DNA from: a bacterium
GTDB taxonomy: Bacteria; Babelota; Babeliae; Babelales; JAUWHS01
Length of the DNA stretch: 64,000 bases
Assembly (NCBI GenBank): GCA_043818275.1
Contig: JBDRFY010000050.1
Coordinates: 10,217 to 74,216, forward strand
Reading direction: 5' to 3'
Positions 9,756 through 19,854 of the stretch are shown piece after piece (position 1 is the stretch's first letter; every line of letters starts with the position of its first letter). The notes beneath the pieces were generated by a model. It saw only the letters and a program-made list of their open reading frames with translations, was not told where the DNA came from and made no database searches. Both the position numbers and the translations under genes were made by a program.

Positions 9756-10886
9756 TTACACAAAATTTGCTTTTGTTACAACCAAGCTTCCAAAGATTTC
9801 TACTCTTACATCAGATAAAGCTTTTAAATTTAAATTAACCATGCCGCTTGTATCCTGAACATTTCCCCAAATTATTCCTTTTTGAGGATCATTATTAACA
9901 TAACCACAAGTATAATTGCTAAAGGTGACTTTATTTTCCAAAATTAAAGATCCATTTTTTAAAAATAATCCTGAATAATTTGTTAGATCAGAAGGAACAC
10001 TCAAAACAGCATCACTTAATCTAAGAACAGACGATGTATCTTTGAAAATTAAATTTTCTCTACATTGTGTAGTAACTGAAGAGCAATAGTCATACTCAAA
10101 TATTGAATTTCTTTCAAAATTCAACCAGGATTCATTAGCGATTACAATTGGTTTTTGATTTGGATAATCATAAATAGACGACCTTTTAAACTTAAATCCA
10201 TCACCCCAAACCCAGACATCATCATGAATAAATAACCAGCCCTGATCCAAATCATAATCATTTTGCAAATCAATAATCACATTTTGCAGGCAAAGCGCTG
10301 AACTGTTATCAACAAAACTAATTCCACCTACACCACTCGCATTACCATATAAACCGGTTAGTATCATATTTCTTAAAGTTAAAGTAACTCCACTATCAAC
10401 AATTAATTGTGAGCCTGATCCAATATTTAAATAATTTCCTTTACAATCAATTATTGCATTGCTTTCAATAAATTTTAAATTTCTGTTATCCGGAATATTA
10501 AGTCCATTATCACACAGAAGAACTCCTTCATTTCCAATAAAATAAGCGGTATCACCCCCTGATGTACCAATAGTAAATTTTAATGTTGAACCAATATCCA
10601 AATCTGTTAATAATTCCAAAACTGAACCATCTGAAAGTTTTATTTCTCCGCCTTTAATTGGGGACGCAAGACCCAAACCCAAAGTAACAGAAGAGTTAAC
10701 ACTAAAACCATCCTGATATGTGACAAAACCCCAAACATCATTTGAAGCGCTATAAACTTCTTGTGGTGTTAAAGCATACACAGTATTACTTCCACGGGCA
10801 TTTGAAGTATTTAAAGAAAATAAATTAAAAGAAAAAATAAAACATAAAACAAAAAAACTTAAAAAAAATTTATTAAGCTGGATCAT
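9756..10886 (-). CDS. Secreted type A protein (LNTSNAxGSNTVYAL family)
   Basis: LNTSNARGSNTVYAL after the signal peptide; start overlaps the stop of the upstream type B gene. Confidence 0.82.
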   Translation of the reverse strand: MIQLNKFFLSFFVLCFIFSFNLFSLNTSNARGSNTVYALTPQEVYSASNDVWGFVTYQDGFSVNSSVTLGLGLASPIKGGEIKLSDGSVLELLTDLDIGSTLKFTIGTSGGDTAYFIGNEGVLLCDNGLNIPDNRNLKFIESNAIIDCKGNYLNIGSGSQLIVDSGVTLTLRNMILTGLYGNASGVGGISFVDNSSALCLQNVIIDLQNDYDLDQGWLFIHDDVWVWGDGFKFKRSSIYDYPNQKPIVIANESWLNFERNSIFEYDYCSSVTTQCRENLIFKDTSSVLRLSDAVLSVPSDLTNYSGLFLKNGSLILENKVTFSNYTCGYVNNDPQKGIIWGNVQDTSGMVNLNLKALSDVRVEIFGSLVVTKANFV

Positions 10887-13038
10887 AATTTAAATATCCT
10901 TCTATTTCAACAAAAGCCCCTGAAAGAACTTTTGTATCAACATTATTTGAATCGGTTGCGCCATCTCCCAAAGTAATTGCTTTATTTATATCCGCATTAG
11001 GAGTAGTTCCATTTAAATTTTTTAATACAACTTTATTATCAAAAATTAATTTGCCTGCGGTTAATTGAATACCATTATGAACGGCATTACATGGAGCAGA
11101 AAAAATACATCCGTTCAAATAAATATTCGAAGATGCGTCAGACATTTGCAATAAAGTTCTGCTTCCATTTGTCGGAACATAAGAAAATGTTGTTCCCAAA
11201 TCAAAATAAAAAGTTGCAAAACGATTAATGTTAGATTGTTCTTTAGATTCATAAATAAATTTACTCGTTCCTGTTATTATTACATCATCATCTATAAGTA
11301 ATCCACCCTGAGTAAATGTATAATCTCCTGAAAGAGCAACTTCTATATCCTGCAAACCCAACTTACTTGTTGAATCCAACATCACAATTCCAGGATTCAC
11401 GCCACTTTTTAAATTTCTTAATTCCAGATTTCTTAAACTTAAAGTTGACAACCTATCAATAATTAACTGTGCGTTATCTTCAAGAATTAAAGAATGGCCT
11501 TTTCCATCTATAATTGTTGATGAAGTAAATCTTAATGATTCACCTGAAGGAATTGTTAAATTTCCACCAAGTTTTATTGCTCCACCTCTTCCATCGATTC
11601 TACCACCGGTATAAAGTCTGGTTGTTGAAGACCACAAAAGATCACCATCCAAAATCAAAGTTCCACCATTTAAACTAATCGGAGAATTTATACTTGTACC
11701 AGGTCCTGTGGTAATTATAGAATCAGGATCCAAATCCAAACCTTTCGTACTTACAAGACCATTAATTTCATATTCCCCACTCAAAACGCTTAAAATAAAT
11801 TCTAAAAATAATGAATCTGGTAAATCTGCAATGAAATTTGCAAGTGATCTGATGTTTCCACCAATTAATCTATAACATTTTTCTGTTCTTGGATTTTTAA
11901 ACCAGATATCGCCGTAATAGCCAACTTCAGGATCTATAAGATTATCTTTGATCCAAATTAAATTTGCAGTAAACGGTGGTGCGTTATTTATGTCTTTTAA
12001 TTTATAACCTTTATATAAATGAGAAACACTTCCATCAACTTCTATCTTTTGAAGATCAACAATAATACCAACCATATCGTAATTCGGACTAACAATTTGA
12101 ACAATTTTATAATTATCAAATTCTAAAAACTCTGATGGAATAGGAATGGATACAGTCTTCCAGGTACTATCATTAATATCATATCTGACAATTCCATTAT
12201 TCAATATTCCCCAGGCTATATGATCTGCGCCAATATCCATAATTTGTCCATAACCTGTTGGTGAAGATCCGGCCGAAGCATCTATCCAGGAAGCCGATTC
12301 TTCATTCCATCTATAAGGTTTTGTTGTTGTTGGACTGGTAATCGAAGTTGCCCAAATCTCATATTTGTCTCCAACAAAAACTCTCTCAAAATTGGTAAAG
12401 CCTGTAATTCCTGTTGGAGCAAGTTCATTCCAGGTTTCATTTTCAAAATCATATCTATAAATTCTTCCCGCTGTAAAACCTGGTTGCGTTGTTCCGGCAA
12501 CACCGCATAAAATTCCACTTCTGCCGCGCGCAATGTTTTTTAATGGGGCCGCTCCTTTATCATGCCAAGGAAAAACTGCAATCGGCGCAATTGCAAAACA
12601 ATTTTTGTCTATTTCATAATAATGACTGTCAGTATCAATTAATGACATCTGGTTAATTCCGCCAATCGCATAACTTATTGGAGCTTCAACACCCTGCAAG
12701 CGTGTAAAAAAGAAACTTCCTGTTGTGTTCATACAATTTAATCCATCCTCCACTCCGTAAATTAAATCCGGATCAATACCTGTATAATCAACCCGGGGAG
12801 GATATGAATCATCTGTTACAACTCCTCTAAATTCATAAATTGGATCCCGTAGTCCAACAACAGATAAATTTTTCCATCCAATTAAATGAGAACCAACACA
12901 ATGTCTTAAAATTGCTTTTTCAGTTAAACCCAAAGCCGCATCAACATTAGAAAAGCAAACTCGTGCATAAAGAGAATTATTAAAAATTGTTAAAACAAAG
13001 CCAAGAAGAAGCAGATAAAAAAATGTTTTAATCTTCAC
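10873..13038 (-). CDS. Secreted type B protein: tectonin-like propeller plus shared C-terminal domain
   Basis: GTG start with a GGGGAAG RBS; FPWHDKG, RVFVGDKYEIWA and GYYGDIW...YRLIGGNIRS; ends LSGAFV...YDPA. Confidence 0.82.
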   Translation of the reverse strand: MKIKTFFYLLLLGFVLTIFNNSLYARVCFSNVDAALGLTEKAILRHCVGSHLIGWKNLSVVGLRDPIYEFRGVVTDDSYPPRVDYTGIDPDLIYGVEDGLNCMNTTGSFFFTRLQGVEAPISYAIGGINQMSLIDTDSHYYEIDKNCFAIAPIAVFPWHDKGAAPLKNIARGRSGILCGVAGTTQPGFTAGRIYRYDFENETWNELAPTGITGFTNFERVFVGDKYEIWATSITSPTTTKPYRWNEESASWIDASAGSSPTGYGQIMDIGADHIAWGILNNGIVRYDINDSTWKTVSIPIPSEFLEFDNYKIVQIVSPNYDMVGIIVDLQKIEVDGSVSHLYKGYKLKDINNAPPFTANLIWIKDNLIDPEVGYYGDIWFKNPRTEKCYRLIGGNIRSLANFIADLPDSLFLEFILSVLSGEYEINGLVSTKGLDLDPDSIITTGPGTSINSPISLNGGTLILDGDLLWSSTTRLYTGGRIDGRGGAIKLGGNLTIPSGESLRFTSSTIIDGKGHSLILEDNAQLIIDRLSTLSLRNLELRNLKSGVNPGIVMLDSTSKLGLQDIEVALSGDYTFTQGGLLIDDDVIITGTSKFIYESKEQSNINRFATFYFDLGTTFSYVPTNGSRTLLQMSDASSNIYLNGCIFSAPCNAVHNGIQLTAGKLIFDNKVVLKNLNGTTPNADINKAITLGDGATDSNNVDTKVLSGAFVEIEGYLNYDPA

Positions 13039-13071
13039 TCTCTTCCCCCTTTTTAAAAAGGTATTTCTATA

Positions 13072-14208
13072 TTAATAATAATTATAATAATTTAAACTTC
13101 CGTGAATATCGATTCGACAACCACTCAGTGCAAAAACATTAAGATCTTCAGGCGGACGACCAAAAGTTATGCCTTTAGCCTCCTGGGTATTTGGCCAACC
13201 ATTAACAGCGCTGTAATTACTAAAAGTCACTCTATTTTCTAAAATTAATTTTCCTAACCATAATTCTAAACCGCTATAATTACTGTAAGCGGGAACGCTT
13301 AAAGTTGAACCATTAAGATACAATGTTGAAGAAGTATCTGTCATAATTAATTGTTGTCTACATTCATTTCCAATTGATGATTGATGATCGTAAACAAAAT
13401 TTATCCCTGAATCAAAATAAAGAGTTGAGTCGTCACAAATTCTTAAATAAGCCTGCAAAGCATCGTCTGATGAATGAACAAAATAACGAGGAATACTATC
13501 GGTACAAATAACATCACCATGAACACTTCCGGTAAAAAGAACATCTTCATGAATAAAAAGAGAGCCAACATCAAAAGTATAACTTCCATTAATATCAACT
13601 TTAACATTTTGTAACGCCAAAGAACTTGTTTCATCAGTCAACACTATTCCACCTGATGTTGAAGCCTGACCATGCAAATTTTTTAAACATAAATTACGTA
13701 ATGTTAAAGTTGCAGATGAATCAACAATAAATTGAAACCCTGAATCCAAAAAAACAGAATTACTTTGACCATCAATAATTGTGTCATTCAAAATATATAA
13801 ACTGCTGCTCGCAGGTAAAATAGCATCTCCATGTAAAAATAACGCTCCTTTATTCCCCTTTAAATTAGCAACTCCATTTATAGAGATATCATTACTGGAT
13901 GAACTAGATAAATGCAAATCAGCTAATAATTCAATGGTCGCAATATTATCTAAAATAACATTTCCCCCTTTTACATGAGGAACAATCCCAAGTTTAAGCG
14001 TAGTATTTGGTAAAATATAAAAACCTGCATTGTAATTTACCCAACCCCAAACTTCCGAATTTATATTATAGTACTCAATTGCACTTAAAGCATAAACGGT
14101 ATTACTTCCCTTTGCATTTGAAGTATTTAAAGAAAAAATATTTTTTGAAGTAAAAAAAAGAAAAAATAAAAAGATAAAATTTTTTATATAGAACAATTTA
14201 AGAGTCAT
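13072..14208 (-). CDS. Secreted type A protein, first gene of the array (start revised to ATG at 14208)
   Basis: AAGGAG RBS just upstream of MTLKLFYIK; signal peptide then LNTSNAKGSNTVYAL. Confidence 0.82.
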   Translation of the reverse strand: MTLKLFYIKNFIFLFFLFFTSKNIFSLNTSNAKGSNTVYALSAIEYYNINSEVWGWVNYNAGFYILPNTTLKLGIVPHVKGGNVILDNIATIELLADLHLSSSSSNDISINGVANLKGNKGALFLHGDAILPASSSLYILNDTIIDGQSNSVFLDSGFQFIVDSSATLTLRNLCLKNLHGQASTSGGIVLTDETSSLALQNVKVDINGSYTFDVGSLFIHEDVLFTGSVHGDVICTDSIPRYFVHSSDDALQAYLRICDDSTLYFDSGINFVYDHQSSIGNECRQQLIMTDTSSTLYLNGSTLSVPAYSNYSGLELWLGKLILENRVTFSNYSAVNGWPNTQEAKGITFGRPPEDLNVFALSGCRIDIHGSLNYYNYY

Positions 14209-14259
14209 GATCTCCTTTGCTCCCCTGCTAGAACCAAACTCCTTTCTAGAATACCTGTA

Positions 14260-14288
14260 ATTGTCACAAAAGAACAATTACGTGTCAA
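14260..14288 (-). promoter_or_regulatory. Sigma70-type promoter for the secreted-protein array
   Basis: Minus strand TTGACA - 17 nt - GACAAT with TG upstream of the -10. Confidence 0.6.
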
Positions 14289-14427
14289 GTATACACAGAT
14301 CACTTTAAAAGCAAAATAAGAATAAAAATAAATTTAAAGCTATACAAAACAAAGTAATCTATTGCTAACAAACTAAAAATACTTTTAAAATACTTATATA
14401 TTTATAAAAACAAGCGAAAGGAAAATT

Positions 14428-15129
14428 ATGCCAAATATAATAAAATCTTTTTTAAAAAAAGTTCTAATAATAATTTCAATTTCCCTTGTTATCTATCTTT
14501 CTTATGTATTTATTTTCAAGCCCGACAACATACAAACAAAACTGTTAAAATCCATCACAAAAAAAGAATTGCTAAATGTTTCACGATTAAATATTCTCCC
14601 TAAAGAAATCAAAGGAAATGTCGTAACATTAAAAAGGTTTGATCTCAAATATTTTAATGATTTTCACAAAATATTTTCCAAAGAGATTAGAAAAGCAATA
14701 GAATATCCAGAAAAAATTACTTTCGGATTTACCAAAAGCATGCTTTTGCATGACATGAAATTAGAAAGAGAGGGAAAAGGAATTTTTTATTTTATTTTTA
14801 ATAACAAAGATAATAAATTAATTGGTTGGATTGAAATAAAAGATAAAAACATAGAGGATCCAGGACAATTCAGTATATCGATAAATGAAAATTATCGGGG
14901 AAAGGGGCGGGCACAAGAAGCAATACAAATAATTTCAGATATTTATTTTAAATATAAAGATGAAGATGAGTACATAGCGCATGTCAGATTATGGAATCAG
15001 AGAAGTTATAAAGCTTTAATAAAAGCCGGCTTTAAAGATGTTGACCGCTTTTACGAAGATGGAGAACCAACACGATACATTTTAAAAATGTACAATTCAC
15101 ATAAAACAAAATCTGATTTTACAAAATAA
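14428..15129 (+). CDS. GNAT (RimJ/RimL-like) N-acetyltransferase with N-terminal membrane anchor
   Basis: LIGWIEI, YRGKGRAQEA (acetyl-CoA motif A) and NQRSYKALIKAGF. Confidence 0.85.
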   Translation: MPNIIKSFLKKVLIIISISLVIYLSYVFIFKPDNIQTKLLKSITKKELLNVSRLNILPKEIKGNVVTLKRFDLKYFNDFHKIFSKEIRKAIEYPEKITFGFTKSMLLHDMKLEREGKGIFYFIFNNKDNKLIGWIEIKDKNIEDPGQFSISINENYRGKGRAQEAIQIISDIYFKYKDEDEYIAHVRLWNQRSYKALIKAGFKDVDRFYEDGEPTRYILKMYNSHKTKSDFTK

Positions 15130-15194
15130 AATCAAAATTATAAATTTTATTTTGTTGAAGAAATTTTATTTTGAAATTTATTATTTTTTATAAA

Positions 15195-15477
15195 TAGAGA
15201 TCCTGAACTTGATTCATAACTGTCCAAAGTGTTTGAAATGTTTTAGATAAGGATAAAATTAAACTCTCCCGTTCGCCCTGAGGAGGAATTTTGAAAAAAT
15301 TTCGTCTCGAAGGGTAATCCAAATAAAAAATTGATTTTATAAGGAATATCCTTCGAGACGCTCTCAATCGCTAAACGCATTTCGAGCTCCTCAGGACGAA
15401 CGGATGGGGTAAAAATTTATTTTGTTTAAAGGTTTTTTATCACTTTGGACAGTTATGAATCAAGTTCAGGATCTCTA
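15195..15477. mobile_element. Nested palindromic MITE/REP composite with perfect 37-bp terminal inverted repeats
   Basis: tagagatcctgaacttgattcataactgtccaaagtg (15195-15231) is the exact reverse complement of 15441-15477. The inner REP doublet pairs 15269-15285 with 15387-15403 and 15303-15313 with 15350-15360. Confidence 0.8.
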
Positions 15478-15533
15478 AATTTTATATAAGCAATTCAATT
15501 TATAGTTCCAACCAAAAATTAAGGAGTCAAAAA

Positions 15534-16073
15534 ATGTCTGCAAAAAAAAATATCTTGTTTATTCTAATTCCAGATTTTCGCGATGAAGAATTTACTGTCC
15601 CTTTCAATATACTTTATGAAGCAGGTCATACAATAGATGTTGCAGGGCTGAAAGAAGGTGAGATTATTGGCGCAAATGGTTATAAACATAAAGCAGATTT
15701 TCTTTTAGATACCCTTTCACATGAAGATCTTGAAAAATATGATGTTTTAGTTATCCCTGGTGGACCTGGTTCAACCACATATTTATGGAACAATCCCAAA
15801 ATTCAGGAAATAATTGAATTTTTTAATGAAAGAGGCAAAATTGTGGCAACCATTTGTTATGCATGCGTTGCCGCCGCTCAATCCGGAATTTTAAAAGGCA
15901 AAAAAGCAACTGTTTATCCAACACATGAAGCACGAAAAATCTTTGAAGAATGTGAAGTTACCTTTGATGATGCAGGAGTTGTAACATTAAAAGATGAAAA
16001 AATAATAACTGCGCAAGGTCCAAAATTTGCAGAAGAATTTGGAACTGCAATTCTAGATATGTTAAATCAATAA
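15534..16073 (+). CDS. DJ-1/PfpI family protein
   Basis: FRDEEF, YDVLVIPGG, ATICYA (nucleophile Cys) and IITAQGP. Confidence 0.93.
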   Translation: MSAKKNILFILIPDFRDEEFTVPFNILYEAGHTIDVAGLKEGEIIGANGYKHKADFLLDTLSHEDLEKYDVLVIPGGPGSTTYLWNNPKIQEIIEFFNERGKIVATICYACVAAAQSGILKGKKATVYPTHEARKIFEECEVTFDDAGVVTLKDEKIITAQGPKFAEEFGTAILDMLNQ

Positions 16074-16081
16074 GGAATTTA

Positions 16082-17191
16082 ATGACAAAAAAAGCAACAC
16101 TTACGAGTGAACACAGACCCAAAGTATTAATTGTTGGTTTATTTACGCCCTACAATAAATTAGATAATCAAGATGCATATTTTGATGAATTTATAAGTTT
16201 GATAAACACTTTAGGTATAGAATATGACGGACAATATTTTACGAAATTAAGACATATAGAAAAAGCAAACTTCCTAACTAAAGGTAAATTACAAGAATTA
16301 ATTGATCTTTGTGAAAAAGAAAAATACGACGAAGTAATTATTTCTGAAATTCTAACACCATTGCAAGAACGAAATTTGTCAGATTTATTAAATTGTGATG
16401 TTTTTGACCGCGAAAAATTAATTCTGGAAATTTTTAAAAATTCTGCTCATACAGCTGAAGGAAAAATTCAGGTTGAAATGGCTGAAATTGAATTTTTAAA
16501 AAGCAGACTTGCAGGAAAAGGCTATGAACTCGCACAACAAATTGGTGTAATCGGAGTTCGCGGACCAGGTGAGACAGCTAAGGAAGTTTTACAAAGACAC
16601 CTTGAAAATAAAATACGTCAGGCAAAGAAAAAATTAAAAACATTAGAACACGCAAAAGAAGAACAACGCAAACAAAGGTTAAGTAGTCACATTCCATTAA
16701 TTTGTCTTGTCGGTCACACAAATGCTGGAAAATCAACAGTGCTAAATCAATTAACCAAAAGCGATGTTTTGGTTGAAGATAAATTATTCGCCACTCTTGA
16801 TATAACAACCAGAAAATTTTTCATAGACAACAAAAAACAAATACTAATTTCAGACACTGTTGGATTTATCAGCGATCTTCCCCATCATTTAATCGAAGCG
16901 TTTAAAACAACTCTGGATGAATTAAAATATGCAAATATTTTATTATGCGTAATTGACGCGAGTAATCCATGCTGGAAAAATCAAATTAAAGTGGTTCAAA
17001 ATACGTTAGAAGAAATAGAAATAGAAAAATCAATTTTATATGTTTTCAACAAGATTGATAAATTAAACAAAGAACAACTGGATGAATTAAAACAAAATCT
17101 GCAAGATTATGAACCACACATTTTAATCAAAGCTACCTCAAAAGAAGGAATACAACCATTAGTGAATTTTTTACAAAGCTATAAATTTTAA
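16082..17191 (+). CDS. hflX: Ribosome-splitting GTPase HflX
   Basis: EGKIQVE, RGPGET, GHTNAGKST, LFATLD, DTVGF and NKID. Confidence 0.96.
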   Translation: MTKKATLTSEHRPKVLIVGLFTPYNKLDNQDAYFDEFISLINTLGIEYDGQYFTKLRHIEKANFLTKGKLQELIDLCEKEKYDEVIISEILTPLQERNLSDLLNCDVFDREKLILEIFKNSAHTAEGKIQVEMAEIEFLKSRLAGKGYELAQQIGVIGVRGPGETAKEVLQRHLENKIRQAKKKLKTLEHAKEEQRKQRLSSHIPLICLVGHTNAGKSTVLNQLTKSDVLVEDKLFATLDITTRKFFIDNKKQILISDTVGFISDLPHHLIEAFKTTLDELKYANILLCVIDASNPCWKNQIKVVQNTLEEIEIEKSILYVFNKIDKLNKEQLDELKQNLQDYEPHILIKATSKEGIQPLVNFLQSYKF

Positions 17192-17202
17192 AAGGAGCAT
17201 TT

Positions 17203-18207
17203 GTGTCAAAAAAAATAGCAATTAATGGTTTTGGCAGAATCGGCAAAACATTTTTGCGCGTTTTAATGAGTGATGAAGAAATCACAAAAAAAATAAACGT
17301 CGTAGCAATAAATGTTGGCCCGGCAAATCCTGAACACACAGCTTTTCAATTTAAACATGATTCAATTTTAAACACATTTAACGGAAAAGTTTCATACGAA
17401 AAAGAACATTTAATAATCAATGATCATAAAATAAAAGTATTTGCAGAACAAAACCCAGCAAAAATAAACTGGTATGAATTAGGAATTGAATGGGTTGTTG
17501 AATGTTCAGGAAGATTTACAACAAAAGAAAAAGCATCCTTTCATTTACAATCAGGAGCGAAAAAAGTTTTAATTACGGCTCCGGCAACAGATGAGGATAT
17601 AACAATTATTCCAGGTGTAAATGATTCAGATTATGATAAGGAAAAACATAAAATCATCTCTTTGGGCAGTTGCACAACAAATTGCTTCGCTCCAATCGTA
17701 AAGGTATTAAAAGAAGAATTTGGTTTACAACATGGTTTGATGACAACAATTCATGCATATACAAATGATCAGGTTTTACTGGATCTGGACCACAAAGATT
17801 TACGTCGGTCCCGCGCCGCCGCGATTAATATTATTCCAACCAAAACTGGCGCGGATAAAGTTATTACAACAATATATCCGGAATTTAAAAATAAAATTAA
17901 AGCACAAGCCATTAGGGTTCCTGTTGCAATTAGTTCTCTTGTGGATTTTACTTTTCAGACAAAAAAGAATTGTAACGTTGAAGAAATAAACGCAGCATTC
18001 AAAAAATATGCTGCCAATTCTATGAAAAACATTATTCAATACTGTGAAGAACCTTTGGTATCATCTGATTTTATTGGTAATACGCATTCTTGTATAATTG
18101 ACAGCCTCTTAACCCAATGTACTGGGCAGCTTGGTAAAATTTTTGGATGGTATGATAATGAATATGGTTATTCCTGTAGATTAAGGGATTTTTTACTTCA
18201 CAACTAA
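17203..18207 (+). CDS. gap: Type I glyceraldehyde-3-phosphate dehydrogenase
   Basis: INGFGRIG, SCTTNC and WYDNEYGYS. Confidence 0.96.
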   Translation: MSKKIAINGFGRIGKTFLRVLMSDEEITKKINVVAINVGPANPEHTAFQFKHDSILNTFNGKVSYEKEHLIINDHKIKVFAEQNPAKINWYELGIEWVVECSGRFTTKEKASFHLQSGAKKVLITAPATDEDITIIPGVNDSDYDKEKHKIISLGSCTTNCFAPIVKVLKEEFGLQHGLMTTIHAYTNDQVLLDLDHKDLRRSRAAAINIIPTKTGADKVITTIYPEFKNKIKAQAIRVPVAISSLVDFTFQTKKNCNVEEINAAFKKYAANSMKNIIQYCEEPLVSSDFIGNTHSCIIDSLLTQCTGQLGKIFGWYDNEYGYSCRLRDFLLHN

Positions 18208-18255
18208 AAAAAGTTGGTCTACAATACTAATTATTGATAATGAATCAATAATGGC

Positions 18256-18331
18256 GGGCCCATAGCTCAGCGGTCAGAGCAGTCGGCTCATAACCGAAAG
18301 GTCCCAGGTTCAAATCCTGGTGGGCCCACCA
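18256..18331 (+). tRNA. tRNA with CAT anticodon, probably tRNA-Ile2 (lysidine)
   Basis: GGGCCCA/TGGGCCC acceptor stem, TAGCTCAG D arm, CTCATAA loop, GTTCAAATC T arm, encoded CCA; lacks the initiator GGG/CCC anticodon stem. Confidence 0.92.
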
Positions 18332-18506
18332 TACTTCGCTAAAGCTTCGTATGGCGCAGCCATTTTTTAAATGATTGATTTTGAATTTTAAAGAAACTTT
18401 CAACTTAAAAAGCGAAGTATGCCCTTCTCCGTCCTTCGCATAAAGCTTCGGAGAACTCTGCGAAGTTTGACACGAAGCAAAGTTAGCTCGAAGAGCGAAG
18501 TAGGGC
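18329..18506 (+). repeat. tRNA-3'-trailer palindromic element (CTTCG/CGAAG REP family), with a nested extra copy
   Basis: ccatac-ttcgctaaagcttc-gtatgg hairpin; agcgaagtatg (18411-18421) complementary to 18330-18340; gcccttc...gcgaagtagggc to 18506. Confidence 0.8.
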
Positions 18507-18576
18507 AAGAATTCCCCAATCACCCAACTAGTTTTAAGTATTACAAATACAAAAAAGCAAATATCGAGGTGCAAAA

Positions 18577-19314
18577 ATGATTGGACAACCTCTCTGGAAA
18601 AGCTTAAAAGCATTAGTTGAAATAGACAATGAAGCAAAAAAAATAAAAGAAAAAATTTTAGGGGGAAATCAAAACATAGAAGAAAAAAAACTTCTTATTC
18701 CAAAAATCCAAAAAGAAATTCAGGTTTTAGAACTTAAATGTAAAGAAACAAAAAAAATGGTTGACGAAGAAGAGCTTATTGCAAATGATCTTAAAGAAAA
18801 AGAAGATGAAAAAAGAGTAGCTTTAGACAAAACCAAAAATGAAAAAGAATATCGGGCAGTTGAAAAAGAAATCAAAAAAATAACTCAAGATAGAATGGAA
18901 CTTGAGGATATTCTAATTCAATCCTGGCACAAACATGATCAGGCTAAAAAATTACTTGATGAAGAATCAAAAAATAAAAATCAAAAAATAGAAGACATTA
19001 AAAAAGAAATTATTGATCATGAAATAAATTTAAAAGAACTTAATCTAAAGCTCAAAGAAGTTGAAGAAAAAAGAAAAAATGCGATTGATAATATACCCGA
19101 TGAATGGTTACAAAAATATAATCGAATGAAAGAACATGTTACCAATCCAATTGTTCCTGTTATGCAAAATTGTTGCAGCGCTTGTTATTATAGTGTTATA
19201 AGACAAGACCTACAAAGATTAAAAAAATCCGGAGTTCTTCTTTGCAGAAACTGCTACAGATTCTTATATTATGACGAAGAAGAAGAAATAGAAGAAACTA
19301 ATAATTCTTATTAA
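18577..19314 (+). CDS. Coiled-coil protein with C-terminal C4 zinc ribbon (DUF164/CT398-like)
   Basis: Long coiled coil, KNEKEYRA motif, CSAC...CRNC. Confidence 0.88.
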   Translation: MIGQPLWKSLKALVEIDNEAKKIKEKILGGNQNIEEKKLLIPKIQKEIQVLELKCKETKKMVDEEELIANDLKEKEDEKRVALDKTKNEKEYRAVEKEIKKITQDRMELEDILIQSWHKHDQAKKLLDEESKNKNQKIEDIKKEIIDHEINLKELNLKLKEVEEKRKNAIDNIPDEWLQKYNRMKEHVTNPIVPVMQNCCSACYYSVIRQDLQRLKKSGVLLCRNCYRFLYYDEEEEIEETNNSY

Positions 19315-19330
19315 ATAAATAATAGTAGTA

Positions 19331-19849
19331 ATGGAAAAACAATTAAAAGTTTTTAATAATCCAAAAGTCCTAAACATTAAATCTTACGATTTTACAGTTT
19401 ATACAGATGGAGCTTCCCGAGGAAACCCAGGAAAATCTGGGGCGGGAATTTTTGTTTTTGATAATAAAAAGAAAAAAGAAATTATTAAAGAAAGTTTTTA
19501 TCTGGATACAAAGACAAACAATCAGGCAGAATATTTGGCCCTTGCTTTAGCAGCTTTTTTAATTAATGAAAATATTAAAAATTTTTCCGAATATTCTTTT
19601 CAATTCTTAGCTGATTCTGAATTATTAATTAAACAAATGACGAATGAATACAAGATAAAAGATCCAATTTTAAAAAAATTAAAAACACTGATTTTTTCGA
19701 TTCTTAATGATTCAAATTACAACTTTCAACACATAAGAAGAGAAAAAAACACAAAAGCCGATGAGCTTGCAAATAAAGGAATTGATTCTAAAGCAGGTAC
19801 ACCACATAAATTCACATTATTACTTCAAAAAAATAATCTATTCATATAA
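19331..19849 (+). CDS. rnhA: Ribonuclease HI
   Basis: YTDGASRGNPG, TNNQAEY, DSEL and RREKNTKADELAN. Confidence 0.93.
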   Translation: MEKQLKVFNNPKVLNIKSYDFTVYTDGASRGNPGKSGAGIFVFDNKKKKEIIKESFYLDTKTNNQAEYLALALAAFLINENIKNFSEYSFQFLADSELLIKQMTNEYKIKDPILKKLKTLIFSILNDSNYNFQHIRREKNTKADELANKGIDSKAGTPHKFTLLLQKNNLFI

Positions 19850-19854
19850 GGAAC

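Noticed and set aside
2364..14208. Classical autotransporters or phage tail genes
   Set aside because: I could not recognise a C-terminal beta-barrel, every member has a Sec-type signal peptide, and no phage structural, integrase or packaging genes are nearby.
18245..18637. 130-aa minus-strand ORF
   Set aside because: It is the antisense of the tRNA and the REP trailer; a typical shadow ORF.
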